Assembly: GCA_963422645.2 (NCBI GenBank)
Contig: CAXXVO010000004.1
Coordinates: 64,001 to 128,000 of the forward strand
Direction of reading: 5' to 3'
Origin: Alphaproteobacteria bacterium
GTDB taxonomy: Bacteria > Pseudomonadota > Alphaproteobacteria > UBA828
DNA length: 64,000 bases
Under the pieces are notes generated by a model. That model was given only the letters and a program-made list of their open reading frames with translations, was not told the origin of the DNA and searched no databases. Both the position numbers and the translations under genes were made by a program. Shown here in pieces: positions 60,648 to 64,000 of this stretch (positions are counted from its first letter, which is position 1; every line of letters starts with the position of its first letter).

Positions 60648-62526
60648 GTAACTGCCCAGGTTCTTGCTGTGAAAATTCTCTGGGATTCGGCACAACGCTA
60701 CCCACGCGACGCCCGTGTGCTCCTCTGGGGTCGCCGGGTTTCACAGCTCACGATGCCCCTCTTGCGGACTGCGACCGGTAAGCTACCCCGATGTGGCCCG
60801 AAGTCCGCCCGCGCGACGGGCACCGATTTTCATTCTATGGGGTGGTCCAGCACGGCGTCGACCATGATCGTTTATGAGAATGGCTCCGCTGTTGGAGAAC
60901 CCGTGCCAGGTGAGCTTACGCGCACTTGACGGTGGCGATGAGCCGATCCGATGGGCTGGTCAGGGCTTCGATGATATTCCAGCCCTGCTTTCTGGCGGTG
61001 GTGATGACGCTGCGCAGGATGGCGAAGTTCTCGGCCCCCTGCGCGGACCGGAAGCCCCCGGAGATCTTCTGGCGCAGCTTCATCATCCGAAGGTCGCGCT
61101 CGGCCTCGTTGTTCGTGAACCCGACCTCGAGGTCGATCAGGAACCGGAGCACCGCGCATTTGTGGTCGCGCAGCCTCAAGGCCGGATTGTGACCGATCCT
61201 TCGCTTCCGGCGCTTCTTCCTCTTGCCAGGCGAGAACGGTGGTTGGCTCTCGTGAAAGGCCAGCGCATCGGCGATGATCTCGTCGTATCGGCGCTCGATC
61301 AGCGCCACAAGCCTCGCCGGAACGGCGATATCCTTGTCCAGCGCGATGCGGGCGGCGCGATTGGCTCGGCGCAGGAGCTGCTGCATCCGCCGGGCCCAAG
61401 CCTCCCCTTCGATGTCCACCAGCGCCTGCAACTCCCGCAGGTGATGGGCGTTGCACAGGCCGTGCTCCACCCCTTCCATCGCGAAGTACGGCTTCCAGTG
61501 ATCGTGCACGACGATGCCGGAGACACCCGAGAGCAGGGCGCCGCGCTTGCCGCTGACCCGGTACGCCGCCAGCAGCGGCGTGCAGATCACATGAAGCCAC
61601 TGCGTCTGACCGCCGATCCGCAAGCCGGTCTCGTCCATGTGTTTCACCCGCGCCGTGCCCGCCGCCAGGTCCTGTATGTGCAAGGCCGCGTCCCGCAGCC
61701 GCTCGGCCGCCCTCTCGCTCATCGTCGCCAACGTCGCAGCCGTCACCGGCGCGCCGAAGAGCTCGGCCATCACCTGCGACAGCCGATCCTCCGGCAGGAA
61801 GTGAGCGTGCTGAAGGTAGACCGCCACCCCGGCAATGCGCGGGCCGTACTGCACCGGCGCCGACACCCCGTCGGGGAACGCCGCCCGGGTCACCGTCCCG
61901 CAATGCCCGCAGCACTTGGCATGCGCCCGGTGCTCGGTCACCTCCAGGGGGCTCGGCTCGGGCAGATCGAACACCTGGCGGGCGACGGGCGTTCCCGCCC
62001 TGGCCGCGTCCGAAAGCGGCGAACCGCATCCCTTGCAGGAAGCCGGGACGTGATCCTTCACCCGATCCGGGTGATCGGCGCGGCGCAGCGTCTTGCCCTT
62101 GTGGCCGGGCTGGCCACCGGGCTTGCGGCCCGATTTGCCGCGCAGGCTTCGGGTTCGCCGCTTCGAATTCGGCTTCCTCAGCCCATCGCTCGAAGGCGGC
62201 TTGCCGCTGTTGAGGCCGAGACGGCGCTCCAACTCCTCGATGCGCTCGACGAGACGCGCGACTTGCTCTTCCAGCCGCGCGTTCTGCTGCCGAAGCCAGG
62301 CATTTTCCTCCCGAAGCCGGGCGTTCTCCTCCTCCAGGCGGGCGATCTTCTGCGCGGGCGTTTCGGGCGCTGCTCCCGTCGAAGGGCCGCGCGGCGACTC
62401 GGGATTGCTCATGTCGTTGTTGAGTCATTTCCCGAAATTCCCGTCAAGCCCTTTCCACCAACTCCGAACGAGAAACGCCTCAATCCACTGGCCCAAAATG
62501 ACAAATCAGACGACCTGGGCAGTTAC
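60648..62526 (-). mobile_element. Complete IS66-family (ISBst12-like) element, 1879 bp
   Basis: IRs GTAACTGCCCAGGT; 8-bp TSD CTTATGTC (60640-60647, 62527-62534). Confidence 0.95.
60916..62412 (-). CDS. IS66 transposase
   Basis: KPPSSD, GGQPGHKG, HMDETG, CNAHHLREL, NNEAERDLR. Confidence 0.95.
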   Translation of the reverse strand: MSNPESPRGPSTGAAPETPAQKIARLEEENARLREENAWLRQQNARLEEQVARLVERIEELERRLGLNSGKPPSSDGLRKPNSKRRTRSLRGKSGRKPGGQPGHKGKTLRRADHPDRVKDHVPASCKGCGSPLSDAARAGTPVARQVFDLPEPSPLEVTEHRAHAKCCGHCGTVTRAAFPDGVSAPVQYGPRIAGVAVYLQHAHFLPEDRLSQVMAELFGAPVTAATLATMSERAAERLRDAALHIQDLAAGTARVKHMDETGLRIGGQTQWLHVICTPLLAAYRVSGKRGALLSGVSGIVVHDHWKPYFAMEGVEHGLCNAHHLRELQALVDIEGEAWARRMQQLLRRANRAARIALDKDIAVPARLVALIERRYDEIIADALAFHESQPPFSPGKRKKRRKRRIGHNPALRLRDHKCAVLRFLIDLEVGFTNNEAERDLRMMKLRQKISGGFRSAQGAENFAILRSVITTARKQGWNIIEALTSPSDRLIATVKCA

Positions 62527-63503
62527 CTTATGTCATCGCCCGCATTTGCCGCCGCGATCAGAGCACGCATGTCGGCAGGCAGCGGACTCTCGAAGGCAAG
62601 CGCGGCGCCGCTCACGGGGTGGACGAAACTCAAAGCGGCCGCATGCAGCGCCTGGCGCGGGCAAAGCGCAAGCGCCTCTCGCCCCCGCTCGTCGAGGCCC
62701 CGGTGCCTCGCGCCGCCATAGAGCGCATCGCCCACCAGCGGATGGCCTCGATGCGCCATGTGGACTCTGATCTGGTGGGTGCGCCCGGTCTCCAGCCGGC
62801 ACCCGACGAGGCTCCAGAGCGGATCAAGGGGCTTCAGCACGCGATAGTGCGTGATCGCAGCCTTGCCGCCGCTCTCGCGCACCGCCATCCGCTTGCGGTT
62901 TCGGGGGTCGCGGCCGATGGCGCCCTCGATCCGCGCCTCGGCGGGCCGCGGCACCCCCCAGACCACCGCTCGATAGGTCCGGCTCAGCCGCCGTGTCGCG
63001 AACTGCTCGGACAGCCCCCGGTGGGCGGCGTCGTGCTTGGCTGCCACCATGAGGCCGCTCGTGTCCTTGTCGAGGCGGTGAACGATGCCGGGCCGGCGCA
63101 CGCCGCCGATGCCGGAGAGGCTCGCACCGCAATGGGCGAGCAGCGCGTTGACCAGCGTGCGGTCGGGGTTGCCCGGCGCCGGGTGGACAACGAGGCCCGC
63201 GGGCTTGTCCACCACGATCAGGTGCTCGTCCTCGTAGGCCAACTGGAGCGGGATCGCCTGCGCCTGCGGCGTCTCGTCCACCGGCGGCGGGACCACGAGC
63301 GTCACCACCTGGCCCGGTTTGACCCGATATCCGGGCTCCGTTATCGTCCCGCCCGCGATCGAGACCCGGCCGGTCTCGATCAAGTTCTTGAGCCGCGAGC
63401 GCGACAGCGCCGGCACGTGGTCCGCCAGCAGCCGGTCGAGCCGTGCGCGAGCGTCCGCCCGAGCGACGGAGAATCGGTGGCGCGTTTCGGCGACGGTGCT
63501 CAT
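62523..63503 (-). CDS. rluD: RluA-family 23S rRNA pseudouridine synthase
   Basis: S4 domain RLDRLL, KPAGLVVHP, HRLDKDTSG, TGRTHQIRVH. Confidence 0.93.
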   Translation of the reverse strand: MSTVAETRHRFSVARADARARLDRLLADHVPALSRSRLKNLIETGRVSIAGGTITEPGYRVKPGQVVTLVVPPPVDETPQAQAIPLQLAYEDEHLIVVDKPAGLVVHPAPGNPDRTLVNALLAHCGASLSGIGGVRRPGIVHRLDKDTSGLMVAAKHDAAHRGLSEQFATRRLSRTYRAVVWGVPRPAEARIEGAIGRDPRNRKRMAVRESGGKAAITHYRVLKPLDPLWSLVGCRLETGRTHQIRVHMAHRGHPLVGDALYGGARHRGLDERGREALALCPRQALHAAALSFVHPVSGAALAFESPLPADMRALIAAANAGDDIR

Positions 63504-63517
63504 ATCCGGTACGGGCC

Positions 63518-63877
63518 ATGATCACCTATCTCAAGATCATCGTCATTGTTCTCGGGGTGATGATCGCGGCGGGCCTCGTCGTGATCGGGATCAAGCTCGT
63601 CGAGAAGAGCGGCGAGTTGGCCGAGCTCAGCGAGGATGACGGCGAGACGGTGACGAATGACTGGAGCGCCGACGCCCTGCCCGAGGCTGTGCCAATGGCG
63701 ATCCCCACGCCGGGCGATCTGGGGCTGCCGGCAGGCTCGCAGGTGCGGCGCATGACCGCCGCGGGCCATCGGCTCATCCTCGTGGTGGCCGTGCCGGATG
63801 CGGGCGAGCGGATCGTGATCGTCGATCTGCGCAACGGCGGCATGGTCGCCAGCATCGGGCTTGAGGGGACGCCGTGA
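63518..63877 (+). CDS. Hypothetical membrane-anchored protein
   Basis: N-terminal hydrophobic helix LKIIVIVLGVMIAAGLVVIGI; stop overlaps the next GTG. Confidence 0.7.
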   Translation: MITYLKIIVIVLGVMIAAGLVVIGIKLVEKSGELAELSEDDGETVTNDWSADALPEAVPMAIPTPGDLGLPAGSQVRRMTAAGHRLILVVAVPDAGERIVIVDLRNGGMVASIGLEGTP

Positions 63878-64000
63878 GCGAGCCCCGGCTCCGGCTCTCG
63901 CCGGCGCAGCTGCAGGCCATCGAGCGGGAAGCGGAGGCGGCTTACCCGGAGGAAGCCTGCGGCCTGCTGGTCGGGCGCGCTGAGCCGGGCGGCGCCTGGC
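63874..64000 (+). CDS. M67/JAB (Mov34) metallopeptidase, N-terminal part
   Basis: AEAAYPEEACGLLVG motif; runs off the window. Confidence 0.8.
   Translation, partial: MSEPRLRLSPAQLQAIEREAEAAYPEEACGLLVGRAEPGGAW

Noticed and set aside
1-64000. Many long antisense or alternate-frame ORFs (e.g. 2702-4858, 16793-19342, 29019-32183, 43406-45586, 60874-62721)
   Set aside because: Shadows of real genes in high-GC DNA; no independent motifs, apart from the short IS1595 remnant.

Overview
High-GC alphaproteobacterial DNA (fabI-aroC and rluD-rpoH synteny). Bases 1 to ~52.7 kb are the right part of a decaying, IS-riddled defence island; ~53-64 kb is core genome with one fresh IS66 insertion. The island carries: a Dam-like methyltransferase coupled to an IS66 (ISBst12-like) transposase; an intact-looking AbiEi/AbiEii + type I R-M locus; a classic IS66 with IS110 nested in tnpA; a SWIM-SNF2 helicase, a large 2OG-Fe(II) oxygenase and a DUF1640 repeat protein; a pile of nested IS (IS3 remnant, second identical-looking IS110, IS3 inside an IS21 end); an S24/LexA-like repressor followed by a SNF2-DUF3883 / AbiJ-like / DUF1156 methylase / HEPN-DUF499 ATPase operon (BREX/R-M-like candidate defence system, two frameshifts); a 1365-aa HigA-HTH + nuclease-like + helical protein split by IS1634; an ISKra4-like element; and a large serine recombinase and a frameshifted tyrosine integrase that both end inside a 3' half of tRNA-Met(CAT) with no matching 5' half. 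Family assignments come from motif recognition, not database searches.
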